Assembly: GCF_018350175.1 (NCBI RefSeq)
Contig: NC_058368.1
Span: 102,178,001 to 102,242,000, forward strand
Reading direction: 5' to 3'
From: Felis catus
Lineage: Eukaryota
Length of the DNA stretch: 64,000 nucleotides
The first letter of the stretch is position 1. Every line of letters begins with the position of its first letter. Below the pieces are notes generated by a model. That model made no database searches and was not told the origin of the DNA. It saw nothing but the letters and a program-made list of their open reading frames with translations. The position numbers and the translations under genes were made by a program. Positions 26,478 through 39,220 of the stretch are shown one piece after another.

Positions 26478-26997
26478 TGGAATTATCCAGAAAACAGTTC
26501 GATTTGTTAGCACATCCTAGACAGAATCTCTGAGATTCTCAGAGAATCGCACAGTATCTCCCACACAGTGTGAAGTCACTGATCTGGGAATGTCACTTCC
26601 CAGACCCACAACAGCAATCTTGGTCGGACAGGGAAAGAGGAGGGGACACGATGAACAAACCTTTGGGTCCCCCCAAAATCGACACACGGTTTAAAGTCAC
26701 ATTTAAAAAAAACAACAACAACTTTTTAATTTCTGGAATTATCCAGAAAACAGTTCGATTTGTTAGCACATCCTAGACACCTAGCACATCTAGATTCTCT
26801 GAGATTCTCAGAGAATCGCACAGTATCTCCCACACAGTGTGAAGTCACTGATCTGGGAATGTCACTTCCCAGACCCACAACAGCAATCTTGGTCGGACAG
26901 GGAAAGAGGAGGGGACACGATTAACAAACCTTTGGGTCCCCCCAAAATCGACACAGGGTTTAAAGTCACATTTAAAAAAAAAACAACAACTTTTTAA
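26478..26997. repeat. Tandem duplication of ~255 bp of unique sequence
   Basis: Copy 1 26478-26729 and copy 2 26734-26997 are near-identical (a few substitutions plus a small internal insertion in copy 2). Confidence 0.97.
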
Positions 26998-27011
26998 AAA
27001 ATAAGTTTCCT

Positions 27012-27248
27012 GGGGCACCTGGGTGGCGCAGTCGGTTAAGCGTCCGACTTCAGCCAGGTCACGATCTCGCGGTCCGGGAGTTCGAGCCCCGCGTCGGGCT
27101 CTGGGCTGATGGCTCGGAGCCTGGAGCCTGTTTCCCATTCTGTGTGTGTCTCTCTCTCTGCCCCTCCCCCGTTCATGCTCTGTCTCTCTCTGTCCCAAAA
27201 ATAAATAAATAAATAAAAAAAACGTTGAAAAAAAAAAGAAAAAAAAAA
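27012..27248 (+). mobile_element. Young Can-SINE
   Basis: TSD AAAA(T/G)AAGTTTCCT ending at 27011 and 27263. Confidence 0.96.
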
Positions 27249-27799
27249 AAAAAGAAGTTTCCTAAAAGCTCAGGCCAGAGAGCAGAAGAAGGATTTTTCT
27301 TTCATTTTCTTTCCCTGCCAGATGAGTAATTTCAGAACAACTGCTGAGTGTTCAACAATGAGACATTCAAGGACCAAAACGAGAGAGTCATTTTTTTCAC
27401 AACACCCTCGGGTGGCTGTTCGCTGTCTCTGGCAGACAAAATTATTTTCCAGCCGGCTCCTGGAGGACCATCTATAAACAAATTAGAAATTTCAAAGGGT
27501 TTGTTTTCTGCCTTCTGGCTGCCAGTACGGGCCGTTCCCTTTGTGTCCTTCATATGAAAAAGGAATTTAACAAAGAATAAAGAGAGAGTGCCCCTCAGTT
27601 CAAAACAGACAAGCGTGTACATTCTCTTCCCCCTCCCTTCCGTCATCTCCCTCTGTCCATTGTCATGTCTGGTCAGTTTTCTGTCAAAACAACTTTTATT
27701 GTATGTAGCTTGCAGTTCTGCAGGGCTCCAGGAGCTTGCGAGACAAGCTGGGTTCCTACAGCCCTCCCATCGATAAGAAGAAAATGGAAAATGAGCCCT

Positions 27800-29250
27800 G
27801 ATTTATGGCTGATTCTCCTTAACAAATGGCAGCAACAAACGCCCACCCGGCTAAGGAGGGAGGCAAAGTGGAAAAGGGTGTCCGTTCGCCACCCGGCTCG
27901 GATTCAGACCCGAGAAAAGGACAGCCTCGAAGTAAGAGAGACCTCTAAACGTTTTACAACAGCTTGTCAAGCAAGGCACCCAGGACATATTTCAACGGGA
28001 AGGAAAAAAATCCATCAAGTCGGCCTCACACCAGCTCAGAAGAGGAGTCGAGCTGAGTATCTTGTTCTCCTAAAAAGCCTTTCCTTGCAAAATATCCCAG
28101 CCGATGGAAAGCACCAGACATTCAGGTGGAAGAAGCCCATCATACTCCCCGGGAGAAAGCCAACAAAATCGGCCCCCAGGTTACTAGCCAGGAAACCGAC
28201 CTCGGGAGAACGGAGGCTATGGGTACAGGGACCCGGCACGCTGTCCTGGAGACACAGGGCCGGTAGGCCAAGGTCACTGTTCCTTGTTTGACCCGGCCGG
28301 AAGTCACCCCGTGGAGAGCACGATGCTTTCCTGAGTTTCGGCATGCGAGCTCCATTGTCTCATCATTGTCTGAGTTTTCATTCTTTGGGATTGATTTGGG
28401 GCTTGGCTGGCAGTCAAGAGCTGAGGACCAGGAGGTTCACACACGCAGCTATTTCTAGCCTGCCGATATGCCCTACTAATCGTGGTTTAAGTGGCATGCC
28501 AAATCTAGACTGCTTTCTAGAGCCCCACTCGGAGGTTTGCCCTTTAAGGTGAAGAGGTCTTAAAAGCCTTCCTAGCGCAGCACATTTCATGCGAGGAAAT
28601 TCTTGGCTCAGGAAAATCAATTTCAAACTATTGGGAGTAGGCCAACAGCAAGAAGAATACCGTGGGGCTTAATGCGATTCTGTGCATTTGTTTTTTATTT
28701 ATTTCACACACCTTTATTTTAATTCCACGTCTGCAGAGTCTCTGGATTCTGCAGGTAGACTTCCAGCAGCAATTCCAGTCTTGGGGGGCAGAGAAGGAAG
28801 GGGAACTGGCTTGTGGAGCAAAGGTTCCGAGCAGCCAGACCTCAAGTCTGAAGCGCGTGCGTGTGCGTGCGTGCGTGTGTGTGTGTGTGTGTGTGTGGAC
28901 GCGCGGGCTCACAGCGCCGGGAGGCAGAGGTGAGTGTGCAGAGCGCGAGTGAATGAAATGGAAATGCAGGAAGGAAGGTGCCACCCCACCTGGGCTGAGA
29001 CTCCAATGCCACCCCATAGCTTTGAATAAGCAAAATTCTCAGAACAACCGTCAGGCTGTGAGCAACAACGCCCACACACCGTCCGCGGACGTCGCTTTCC
29101 CCGGCCCTCCAATCTGACCTTTCCACGCACACCCCCAAATGCATGTGTGGGTGCCTCTTCAGCAACGACCACCGTTTCTCCTTCGTTTGCTCTGGGAAAT
29201 CACGCACCCGCGAGATGCATTCCTGGTGTGGTTCCCTTGAGGGACAGGGA
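27800..29250. promoter_or_regulatory. CpG-enriched, repeat-free candidate promoter/enhancer
   Basis: Visibly higher CpG density than the flanks, (GC/GT)n tract at ~28853-28897, strong donor GAG|GTGAGT at 28929/28930. Confidence 0.45.
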
Positions 29251-31899
29251 GCCATCCCTTTCTGCACATGTTAAAGAACAGCATCATCTGGGGAAGTACA
29301 GAAAAGGAGTCAGATTTCAACGGGACTGTTGGTAATACCCGGACTGAGAAGACTGACCTAGGTTCACATGACTAACAGAGAACAGACAAATATTCCTTCC
29401 CTTCCCCCAGTTACATGAAGGAATACAGTATGGTGCGGAAGACGAGATTTAATGAGGCTAAGCACACGTCATCTAAGGAAGATGAGATATAAACCAGAGG
29501 GAGCCTAGGTAGTATATTCAATACCATATGGCAGTTTTAGAAATTGTTTATTTCCTTTACCAGACGGGCCTTTTTAAATTTCCTCTCTGCGTACCTTAGT
29601 TCTCATAGCAAACCCACCTGAGTGGCCTTGGTACCTCACGGCCCACCCCCGGGTCTCGGCCAGACAAAGCAAATGCAGGGTTAATACCCGCCTCGAGCAG
29701 CTCTTAGCCCTGAGTCAGGTTATTAAACCGGCACATTTGACTCATAATTTGTTCTCCTCGTGTTAAGTAGATTGCAATAACTCAACTGTCCAGGATCTGT
29801 TTATCAATGCTCTGTGGCTTTCAGCAGCAAATATTTTATAACCACTAAGTGGATATTCAGACCACTCATCAAATGAAAATCTCCTGTACTCAGAGCTGGT
29901 TTTATCATCACAACCCACCAAATGGAAAGCCCTGGAGAGGTAGTAACCCTGCCCCAGAGCCTATCAGGCTTAGCCAGATCCTCGTCCTGGGGAATTCTTT
30001 TCCACTAAACGAGTTTAATAGAAACGGGCCCAGCCCCACAAGAGGCTATAACATTTGAGGGATTCTTCACTGGCCTATCCTGCCCTAGCAAATTGTCATT
30101 TTATTTGGCTTTACTGTCTCCTTGCTAGGAATTCGAATGAAAGTGAGTTTACTTTATGTAATAAAGAGGGAAGGAAATAAGAAAAGAAGTGGCTAAGAAG
30201 AAAGCAAAGGAGAGAAAGGAATAAGAGAGAGAAAAGAGCGAGGAGATCAAGAGGGGAGAAGTGAGAAAAAGAGAAAGGCAGTTAAACAGATCCCACTGCA
30301 GTCTGCATTAAGTTGACACTGGCTCCATAAAACTCCACCATTTGAAACTAATGAAAGAAATGATTATTGCCACCAATACGCTTTCTTCATAATAATCTGG
30401 TTTTTACTAATGAGGTGCAATGGTCCCGGTATTTCTCATTTAGCATATATTATCTCCAGTACGAAGGTATACAGCAGTTCAACTGTAGGATATTGGCCAA
30501 TTGCTAAGGAATCAGTAATGAAACCAGACCCATTGACCTATCACAGCTATAAGGAACCTATGAGATGATATAATGTCTCAACAGGTGTAAGGACAGAAAG
30601 CCAACATGCTTCATTGCCATTACTCTATGAAATGAAGCGCGTGGAAAAAAAAAAAGGCTTGTGAGTCGATTTTTGAAGCACGCTCTTTATACTTCCCAGT
30701 TACATAAACAAATGAATTTCCGTATTGATTAAGCTTCTTGAACTTGAGATACGGTTGCTTGCAACTGAGGAGTACTGAGCAATATCGGTATCAAACTAGG
30801 AGTAGGCTCCTACGGTTGGTTCAGCCTAGCTCACTCCCCCACTGAGAAGAGGGGAGAGGTACAGCTCAGAGTCGCCGCAGAATCACAGCCTCCTAAGACT
30901 ACACAGAACCTGGGGGGATCATTTCTCCAAAGAAATGGGAGTGACTGATAGAACATAACAGAGAAAAATCCAAGGCAGACAAATCACAGGTAACTATTAT
31001 GCTGAAAATCTTTCTTCCTCCACTCCATCCCTATTTTCCATGGGGAGCAATAGCCACATTAACTACAGAGTATTAACCCCATCACTATGACAACTACTGA
31101 GAACTTCACAGAGAAAAAGATTTACAATCAGAAGAGAAAGACAAAGATGATGAGAGAGGTCTCTCATGAGGAAATGATTTTTAAGCTGAAACCTGAAAGG
31201 TAAACAGGTAGAAGACAATTGCAAGAGTAAAGGTCTTTGAGGGGGAAGGAACCCTACTTGTGAAGTCTCTTATTTCTAAAGAATTTGGAAAAGACTGCTC
31301 TGATTCATACACAGAAAGGAACAACAGGCAGCAAATGCCACCCTAATGACAACAAAAGGTTGGAAAAGCTACAGAATCCGAGAAAAAACAAACGAACCAA
31401 CGTGAGAGGACGACACAGTGAAACCCAAATGGACTCACATTCAGAGTAATGAACCTTTTGTAGGAGAAGAAAGGCTTAGCATTGCTCCCCTACCTGGCAG
31501 AATCACAGCCTGAGGAGGAATCCACTTAGAGACTTCGTAGCCAAAACTCTAAAGACCTTTTAAGAGCCTCACATGAGAAGCAGGACAGGTGGCAACCCAA
31601 AGGAGCTTCAACAAGTCACAAAGCAGGTGTCCGACCACTCACCATGTCTTTTCCATGTGTCTTCACTGAGTGCTTGGGACTAGTGGACCTAAACAGTAAG
31701 GGTAGAGAAGTAGATCAGAAAGAGTGATCTATCTATCCACTAGAGACATGTGTGTATACACACACAAATGTATTTGTTTTATATAATATGTACTGTGCAC
31801 ATATATATGATTATATATTAAATTATATAATATATGTACACATATGCGAATACAAATACATGATGTCTTTAAAATTTTGTTATGTTTATTAGCAAAAAT

Positions 31900-32372
31900 T
31901 CTAACAATGGCTAAGGTATACACAATGAAAGAACACAGTGTGGGATGGAATCAAGGGAATTACTTTATTTTAAAGTTCTTAGGCTGCTCATTGAAGTAGA
32001 TTACAATTTAATAATTCATATTATACCCTCTAAAGCAATTACTAAAAGCAAATTTAACATAAGAGATTATATAGACAACACCTCACGCAAAATGAATATG
32101 ATGAATGCAGTTCACTCAAGAGGAGACAGAAAAGGAAGAATAGCAGAACAAAGAACAAATGGATTAAATATAAAACAAACATTCACATGGGAGATTTAAA
32201 TACAACTATACCAATAATTATATTAAATGTAAACGAACTAAACACACTTATTAAAAGGCACGAATTATTAGGTAAAAAAAAAAATCAAGACCCAACTTTA
32301 AAATGTTTCTTACAAACTACATCATCACAAAGCACAGACAGGTTGGAAGTAAAATGGTGGAAAAAGGTTTAA
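31900..32372 (+). mobile_element. Ancient L1 relic including the ORF2 endonuclease N-terminus
   Basis: ORF 32187-32372 (..IIILNVNELNTLIKRHELL..NQDPT..) matches the L1 ORF2 start ITILTLNVNGLN..IKRHRL..QDP; degenerate. Confidence 0.85.
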
Positions 32373-32374
32373 CA

Positions 32375-32680
32375 TGTAGGGGAGAAAGTCTCCAGAGATG
32401 GCTGCCATCAATCCTACCTTGCCTAGACAAGCATGCTGTTCCTCACATCATAAGATGCAATCTAATTTCCCTCCCCATGGAATCTAGGCTGGCTTTAGTG
32501 ACTTGTTTAATGAATATAATATAACAGACATGACATTCTGGGACCTCTGAGGCTACTTTATCATAAACCTTGCAGCTCCTGCCTGAGGTTCTTGGAATGC
32601 TTACTTTTTGAATGTTCCCTTTGAGAAACGAAGCACCACACAGTAAGAAACCTGGGTCCTCTTCTGTGGAATGAGCCAAA
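32375..32680 (+). mobile_element. MLT1-type LTR fragment
   Basis: TCTCCAGAGATGGCTGCC..CCCCATGGAATCTAGGCTGGCTTTAGTGACTTG..GACCTCTGAGGCTA motifs. Confidence 0.65.
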
Positions 32681-33263
32681 GGGGTGCGAGGGGAGCAGGG
32701 ATTATACTACTGGAGATCTCCCCTACATGGACAGAAACATCCGGAATGGGAAAGAAAGATTTCTCCAAAAGTCCCTCACCAGTGGAATTTTTCCTTAATA
32801 CATTGTGCTTAACTATGACATGTATGATAGGTGAAGGTAGGGGAGACAGATGAGGGACTATCATGCTGGGGTAAAAACAGGTGTATATCATAGCACCAGA
32901 ATGACCCTCGTGAGGTCACTTTCCCAGTACCATTCACATTTGGGTAACCTCCTTGGATCACTGGGACCAACACTGACCTCATCCCCCCGGAGCCCCCATC
33001 CCTGCCACACACCCACCCAAGAACACTTTAAAATAAGTTTCAATAATGTAGTAATTAAATTATTTTCAAAGCTCTTCTGCATTCAAAGCTGAAGACCTAT
33101 TCACAGTTCTATTTCTCACTCTAAATAATGTCCAGACGCACTGTCTGACATAACATATGAGAGTTAGTAATAAGATTAAGCGATAACTTGAAAATATCCA
33201 ATAAAAAATGTCTAAAGATACTCCAATAATAAAATGTCAACAATGTAGAGGTAACAGATTTTA

Positions 33264-33267
<4 letters not shown>

Positions 33268-33304
<37 letters not shown>
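33268..33304. repeat. (TA)n microsatellite
   Basis: Read directly from sequence. Confidence 0.95.
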
Positions 33305-33311
<7 letters not shown>

Positions 33312-33649
33312 CCTCCCATTATCACATTACAATTCAAAAGCATTACAATGCAAATATATGAAAGTCCAAATCAAGTCATTTTACCTTTGTGAGTAAAAAT
33401 TTGGGGCAGGGTGAAGTCCAAAGGCATTAAGGTTAAAAATCCATTTTTCTAGACCTAGTGAGTTAATAACAGTCCCACGTCTGAAATTCTTCAAGTTCCA
33501 ATTTCATCCTCCCTAATTCAGGATTCTTTCATCTTTCAGGTATTGGAGTTCTTGATGCCTGAGGAAAGTCGTTCCTTCACCGGCTGCATCTTGGGATGTT
33601 TCTCTTTGTATTGAATACAGTTTCTTCCATACATCAAAAGTGGTATTAG

Positions 33650-34660
33650 TTCAACTTTCTGACTCCATCCCACAGCTTCTGAACCCAATTCTATTATACA
33701 GAGGGCACCAGCGGGGTGTCCTGCAATTCAACTCAGTTCTGATACCATCTATCAAGAGACAGCATCAGATTCCACGGGGCTCACAAGACCACTCTCCACC
33801 TCAGAAGCCAACAGCAAGTCCAGGCTGTGACATGTACTTCTGACTGACCCGCTGTAAGTGTTTATTTTTTTTTGAGAGAGAGAGAGAGAGAGTGAGAAAG
33901 GAAGCATGAGTAGAAGGGCAGTGGGGGGGGGGGGGGGGTATAGAATCCAAAGCAGGCTCCATACCCAGTGTGGAGCCCCACATGGGGCCCGATCTCACTA
34001 CTGTGAGACCATGACCTGAGCCGAAATCAAGAGCCCGAATGAACCACCCAAGTATCCCCTGATTGACCAGCTATAAATCACAGCTTCCAAAGGCCTCTCC
34101 TTGGGTTCAAGGCATTTACTAGAGCAGCTCACAGAACTCAGAAGTTCATTTACCCACTAGAATACCAACTGATTGCAAAAAGATATTAGAGGGTTTAACT
34201 CAGGAACAGCCAGATAGAAGAGACGGATGTAGCAAAGTGTGCGCGAGGGCACAGCATTTCCTATGGCTTTGGTAAGCATGACACTCTCCCCACATCTCTA
34301 CACGTTCACCGACCCGGAAGCTCTCCCAGCCCCGACCTTTTGGGTTTTTTATGGAGGCTTCATAACAAAGGCAAGATTGATTAAATCACTGCCTATTGGC
34401 AATCGATTCAACCTCTAGCCCCCCTTCCCTCCCCAGAAGTGAGGGGATGGGACTCAAAGTTCCAACCCTCTAATCACACGGTCAGATCCACTGGCAAAGA
34501 GCCCTCAGACTTAGGTGCTTTCAAAAAGCCATCTCATTAATATAACAAAGGGCAAGTTTATGGCTCTCATTACTTAGAAAATGCCAAGAGTTTTATGAGC
34601 TCTGTGCCAAAACTGGGGATGAAGGCCAGATATATATTTCCTATTATAAATTGAAGGACC
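33650..34660 (-). mobile_element. MER21-family solo LTR interrupted by a SINE
   Basis: Minus strand TTTATAATAGGAAATATATATCTGGCCTTCATCCCCAG..GGCACAGAGCTC..AAAAC matches the MER21 5' end as recalled; left boundary approximate. Confidence 0.8.
33858..34059 (-). mobile_element. Older Can-SINE
   Basis: Degenerate 17-bp TSD TGACTGACCCGCTGTAA (33841-33857) / TGATTGACCAGCTATAA (34060-34076). Confidence 0.9.
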
Positions 34661-34958
34661 GCCATCCCTTCCCTAAGATTCTGAACACTGAATGTGGTAC
34701 ACAAGATAATTATAGCCCTGGCTCCACAACCATCAGAGAGAGAAAACAAGATAACCCCTGGCCTTCTAGAACTGTTACTGCAGGCAAAAGTATAGTCTGA
34801 CAGTCCATCGTAAGAGCTACTGAACGGCAGAAAGCAAACATTCGATGACGTCTGAGAGGAGAGTGGAGAGACGGGCCTTGGTTCAGCATCACCACATGCT
34901 CTCAGGTGATGCCTGCTATCCCGAACCCAAAAACTGCGAACCTAAAACCAATAGGGTA

Positions 34959-35219
34959 GGGGCGCCTGGGTGGCGCAGTCGGTTAAGCGTCCGACTTCAG
35001 CCAGGTCACGATCTCGCGGTCCGTGAGTTCGAGCCCCGCGTCGGGCTCTGGGCTGATGGCTTAGAGCCTGGAGCCTGTTTCCGATTCTGTGTCTCCCTCT
35101 CTCTCTGCCCCTCCCCCATTCATGCTCTGTCTCTCTCTGTCCCAAAAATAAAATAAAAAACGTTGAAAAAAAATAAAAAAAAATAAATAAATAAAAATAA
35201 ATAAAAATAAAAAAAAAAA
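34959..35219 (+). mobile_element. Young Can-SINE with long patterned A tail
   Basis: Perfect TSD TAAAACCAATAGGGTA at 34943-34958 and 35220-35235. Confidence 0.97.
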
Positions 35220-35689
35220 TAAAACCAATAGGGTAAAATCTCCCAGTAAAATATTTATTTGGCACCATCCATTCACCATGTCTGTGGTGATCTTTCTCAA
35301 CTTACTGTCTCATTTCCCAGAGTACAATTGAGATACTGTGGCTTTACTTAAAAAGTTTAGGAATTTGAAGTGATGGGCACCCAATCACCAGGTATTAATT
35401 TAGGTGTCAATCTTTTCCACCCATAGTATCTAACTCCTTAGTTTCACTTGAGCCTTTGTTGTCTGCCTGAGGGTGAGGTCTGTCCAGTCATACAGACCCC
35501 CATTTCCTTAACAGAATGCACTTCTAAGCCTAGGCTCCTCCCTTCACCTCTTGTAGTAGAATTTCTTAGGGAAGAATTTCACCTCCCCATGGGATATATT
35601 CAGCCAGAAAAACACTCTCGACTGGATATCTGGTTGTAAAATAATCAAGTCGGCCAACTTCCCTCCTACCCTATACATATGTTAAGTCA

Positions 35690-36012
35690 AAAAGGATCAA
35701 AGATCTAAACGTAAGAGCTAAAAGTCTGTGCCAAATGAAAGAACCCAAAGAAGTCCTATTATATGAAATGTCCAGAAGAGGCAAATTCATAGTGACCAGT
35801 AGTAGATGAGTGGTTCCTAGAGATTGAGGTGAGGGAGGAACAGAGAGTGATTGCCAATAGGTGTAGGGTTTCTTTTAGGGGCGATTAAAATGCTCTCAAA
35901 TTAGATAGTGGTGATGGTGGCACAACCCTGTGAATGTACTAAAATCCACTGCATTTTACACTTTAAACTGGTAAATTTTATGTTATGTGAATTATATCTT
36001 ATTAAAAACAAA
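35690..36012 (+). mobile_element. L1MB-type 3' end
   Basis: ATGAAATGTCCAGAAGAGGCAAATTCATAG..TTAGATAGTGGTGATGG..GTGAATTATATCT. Confidence 0.85.
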
Positions 36013-36589
36013 ACAAGACAACTTTCAACATGTTCTTGAACCGAAGCTGTTTCTCATACGTCAGAGTCCTCAGCTTCTAGAGCCTACTGAGCACCAACAC
36101 CATAACCACATGCTCGGGATGCTATCTTTCCACCTCCCATAAATTCACCTGGCACCTTCTCCTGAAACCAATTCTATGTGAACTCTGAGAGTTTTTACAG
36201 CAACTCTCAAACTAGATACTTGAAATGGCAACTATTTGTTTAGCTCAAGATTCTGCAAGTTGGCAAGATGAACTAGGCTTAGCTGAGTTCTTCTGGTCCT
36301 GGATAGTTTCATGTACTTGTGCTCAGTTTCTGGGTCATCTATGAGACTACCTACCCTAGAACTGCCTCAACAAGGTAGATCATCTTTGTCCACAGGGTGG
36401 CGCATTTTCCAGGTAGGCTGGGATTTTGTCATGGAGGCAGCAGAGTTCCAAGAGGGAGGGACGACAGCCGAGATTCAAGGGAAGGGACGTAACTGTCCCT
36501 GCCGGATGGGAGAAGGTGCAAAGACACAGGGTAAGGTAGGAAAGGGTAAACGATACTGGGTAGTTTTGTGATTTATCATTTCCTAGAGC

Positions 36590-37300
36590 ACAAGTTCCAG
36601 GACAACAGCTGTGCAATGGGTCTAAAAAACAACCAGTACACATCATGGAAGGATAACCGAGGGTCCCAACCGAGGGAATTTCTAAGAGGAAAAATAAAGG
36701 AATTGAGAGAGAATTTCATGTGTTCGAGTAGATTGAAAGGAGTTTTAGAATTCTTTCAGAAAGTCCTAGTAGGGATTATAGGACCACAAAAAACCAATTT
36801 CTTCAAGGATTAATTAGGCAGGTAATACAGTTGTGCGGGGTGGCCAAAGATAAGGAAGCAAAGAATGGGCTGTAGAGTACGTTGAAATGATCATTTTAGG
36901 AAAAATGAAAAGGACTTCAAAAGTATTCAATACAATAGAGAAGGCATTGTATGTATGGTCATATTTGCATATTTACCTACTTTCAGATTTACGTGGTTAT
37001 AATAATCCAAACACTGGATATTAATCTCACCACCAAAAAATGTAATGAAAGTAAAATGAGAGAACAGGTGCAGAGAGGCGTAGGTTTTGGGGTCGGGAAA
37101 TGAGGTGAACGTTGGGGAATCAAAACCCACGGATCCGTAGAAAAGGCAGAACATCTCAACTACTGCTGGAAGAAACAGAGACATGTCTCTGAATCGCTGA
37201 GAAAGTCCTCCGAGGCAAGCTGAAAAGGAGCTATGTAAAACTAAGCAGCACATGTAAGAAACTTAGATTGTCTTATATATTGGTATGCTCTATAGGTCTA
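36590..37300 (+). mobile_element. Ancient L1M internal fragment
   Basis: TTCCAGGACAACAGCTGTGCA..AACCAGT motif and A-rich skew. Confidence 0.45.
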
Positions 37301-38461
37301 AGAATAAGTTTCTTTGAAGAATTCTGGGCAAAGTAGTACAAAGTTTAATTCAAAACAGGTGCTAATTACATTTAAATAAACATAGGGAAAGCGGTTTTCA
37401 GATTTTCAATTATACATGGTCAATCTTTGTGGCTACCCTTAAAAATAGTAGTTAATGTAGGCCACAGAACGATAATAAATGCTGTTGAAATGCCCAAGAC
37501 GGCTGGAAAGTCTTTCCCAACTCATCAGGGTTTGCTTGAAATGACCGTACCCATAAGCATGAGTTTAAAATCATTACGGGATGATTATCCCTCTCCTCCT
37601 TGAAGATAAATTTGGTAACTTCATATTAAGCAGGGCCTTCTAATTTAAGGACAACCTTGGACTTCATACTGAGAAAATTAGTGTGTATAAATCCATACAA
37701 AGTCTAAAGCAGCAGAACATGAAGGGAAACAAATTCCTGGATGATGAAATAATCTCTTCCTCCTCTAGTTTCGGTCCAGCACTTATTTTTAGTTCAAAGG
37801 CTTCATAATTTTTATAAAATAAGATCACCCATAAATCTTCCCTGTCAGAAAACCAACAATAATTGACAGAGCTTTTGGGATCTTGGCTTCCTTGAAGCAA
37901 TTCTCTTTCATTTTCTGAAAACCACATACCAAGGCCAGTTAGATTGATGTATTGGCTGGTGGTGATGGGGAGGCCCCAGAACAAGGAACTGGCCAGAGCC
38001 ACTGTTCCCAGAGGCTTTACTCATGAGCCACACCTGAGTTCAATACGCAGTTTTGCTGTGTAATACTCTTAAAGAGAGCTTGTGGGTAATAAACAAAATG
38101 CATTTCAGGGGTGAAACCACTGTGTCCTGTTGAACAGACCCCATCTTCAGAGCTACTGGGAAACCAAACATCTCTTTTGTGATTTTTGAGGCCAAAAAGG
38201 AATCAGACCAAGCTATCATTTTTGGCCTTCGTGTCTCATTGGTCACTTCAAATTTCTAGATGGGCAGTGGAGGGGTGGGCAATAATTTTAACCAAACCAT
38301 TTTAATAGTTTTAAATTACCTTCATATGGATATATGTCTATAGAAATACAATTTGAAGAAAACCCATTTGAAGATTAAAGGCAAGTATTTAATTTCTTTC
38401 GTTTAACTGACAGGACATCTATAGTGTTTCTACTTTGTGAAGAGACCTGGACAAAATGGCA

Positions 38462-38556
38462 GATGGGGGAGAGGGGAAAGTGGGTGATAGGCACTGAGGA
38501 GGGCACGTGTTGGGATGAGCGCTGGGTGTTGTATGGAAACCAATTTGACAATAAAT

Positions 38557-38593
<37 letters not shown>

Positions 38594-38666
38594 ATATATA
38601 CACGTATATATACACGTATATATGTATATATATATATACATATACACGTATATATACATGTGTGTG

Positions 38667-38707
<41 letters not shown>

Positions 38708-38724
38708 ATATAGATTAAAAAAAA
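38462..38724 (+). mobile_element. 5'-truncated felid L1 3' end with a complex microsatellite in its tail
   Basis: GGGTGATAGGCACTGAGGAGGGCAC..TGGGATGAGCGCTGGGTGTTGTATGGAAACCAATTTGACAATAAA. Confidence 0.9.
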
Positions 38725-39024
38725 GATACCGTAGCAAACTCACGTCCTGAAGGCAAATTTGGTCTACAGCCCTGTTGGGTTTGCTTGTTATGTTGAGTTC
38801 TAATTGGAATGTTTCAAGCCCAGCATCCACTGGCCAGCTCAGTCTCTGCTGATTCACATTTGGCTTCTCCACACAATTGTATTTATTACCCATCTAACCC
38901 CCCGAAGAACTTGGCTTCGCAGCTGTGATGTAAAAACTCAGTATACTATATAGGAAATGAAGTTAACTGGGGAAAAAATGCGTTGTGGAGAGAAACAGAG
39001 TTTTCATCTGCAACAGATTCATGT

Positions 39025-39160
39025 GTGACTGCTCGTTCTGATACTCAGTATCTATGTGATCTTAAGCCAACTGTAATACCTCCTTGATCCTTAGTTTTCT
39101 TTCCCGCAAAGGGAGCTACAAGTACCATCTCACAACGTGGTCATGAGGATTAAACAAGTA
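39025..39160 (+). mobile_element. MIR core fragment
   Basis: TATGTGATCTTAAGC..CCTTAGTTTTCT..CATGAGGATTAAA. Confidence 0.65.
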
Positions 39161-39220
39161 TTATTTCTTATTGACACAAGATTGGCCAGATTGCAAAGTC
39201 TCTGCATAATTTGGGACCCA

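Noticed and set aside
27665..28291. 208-aa ORF as a protein-coding gene
   Set aside because: No recognisable domain; GC-rich regulatory DNA often yields such ORFs. Kept only as context in a finding.
38375..38893. Overlapping ORFs of 67-172 aa
   Set aside because: Products of the dinucleotide microsatellite.
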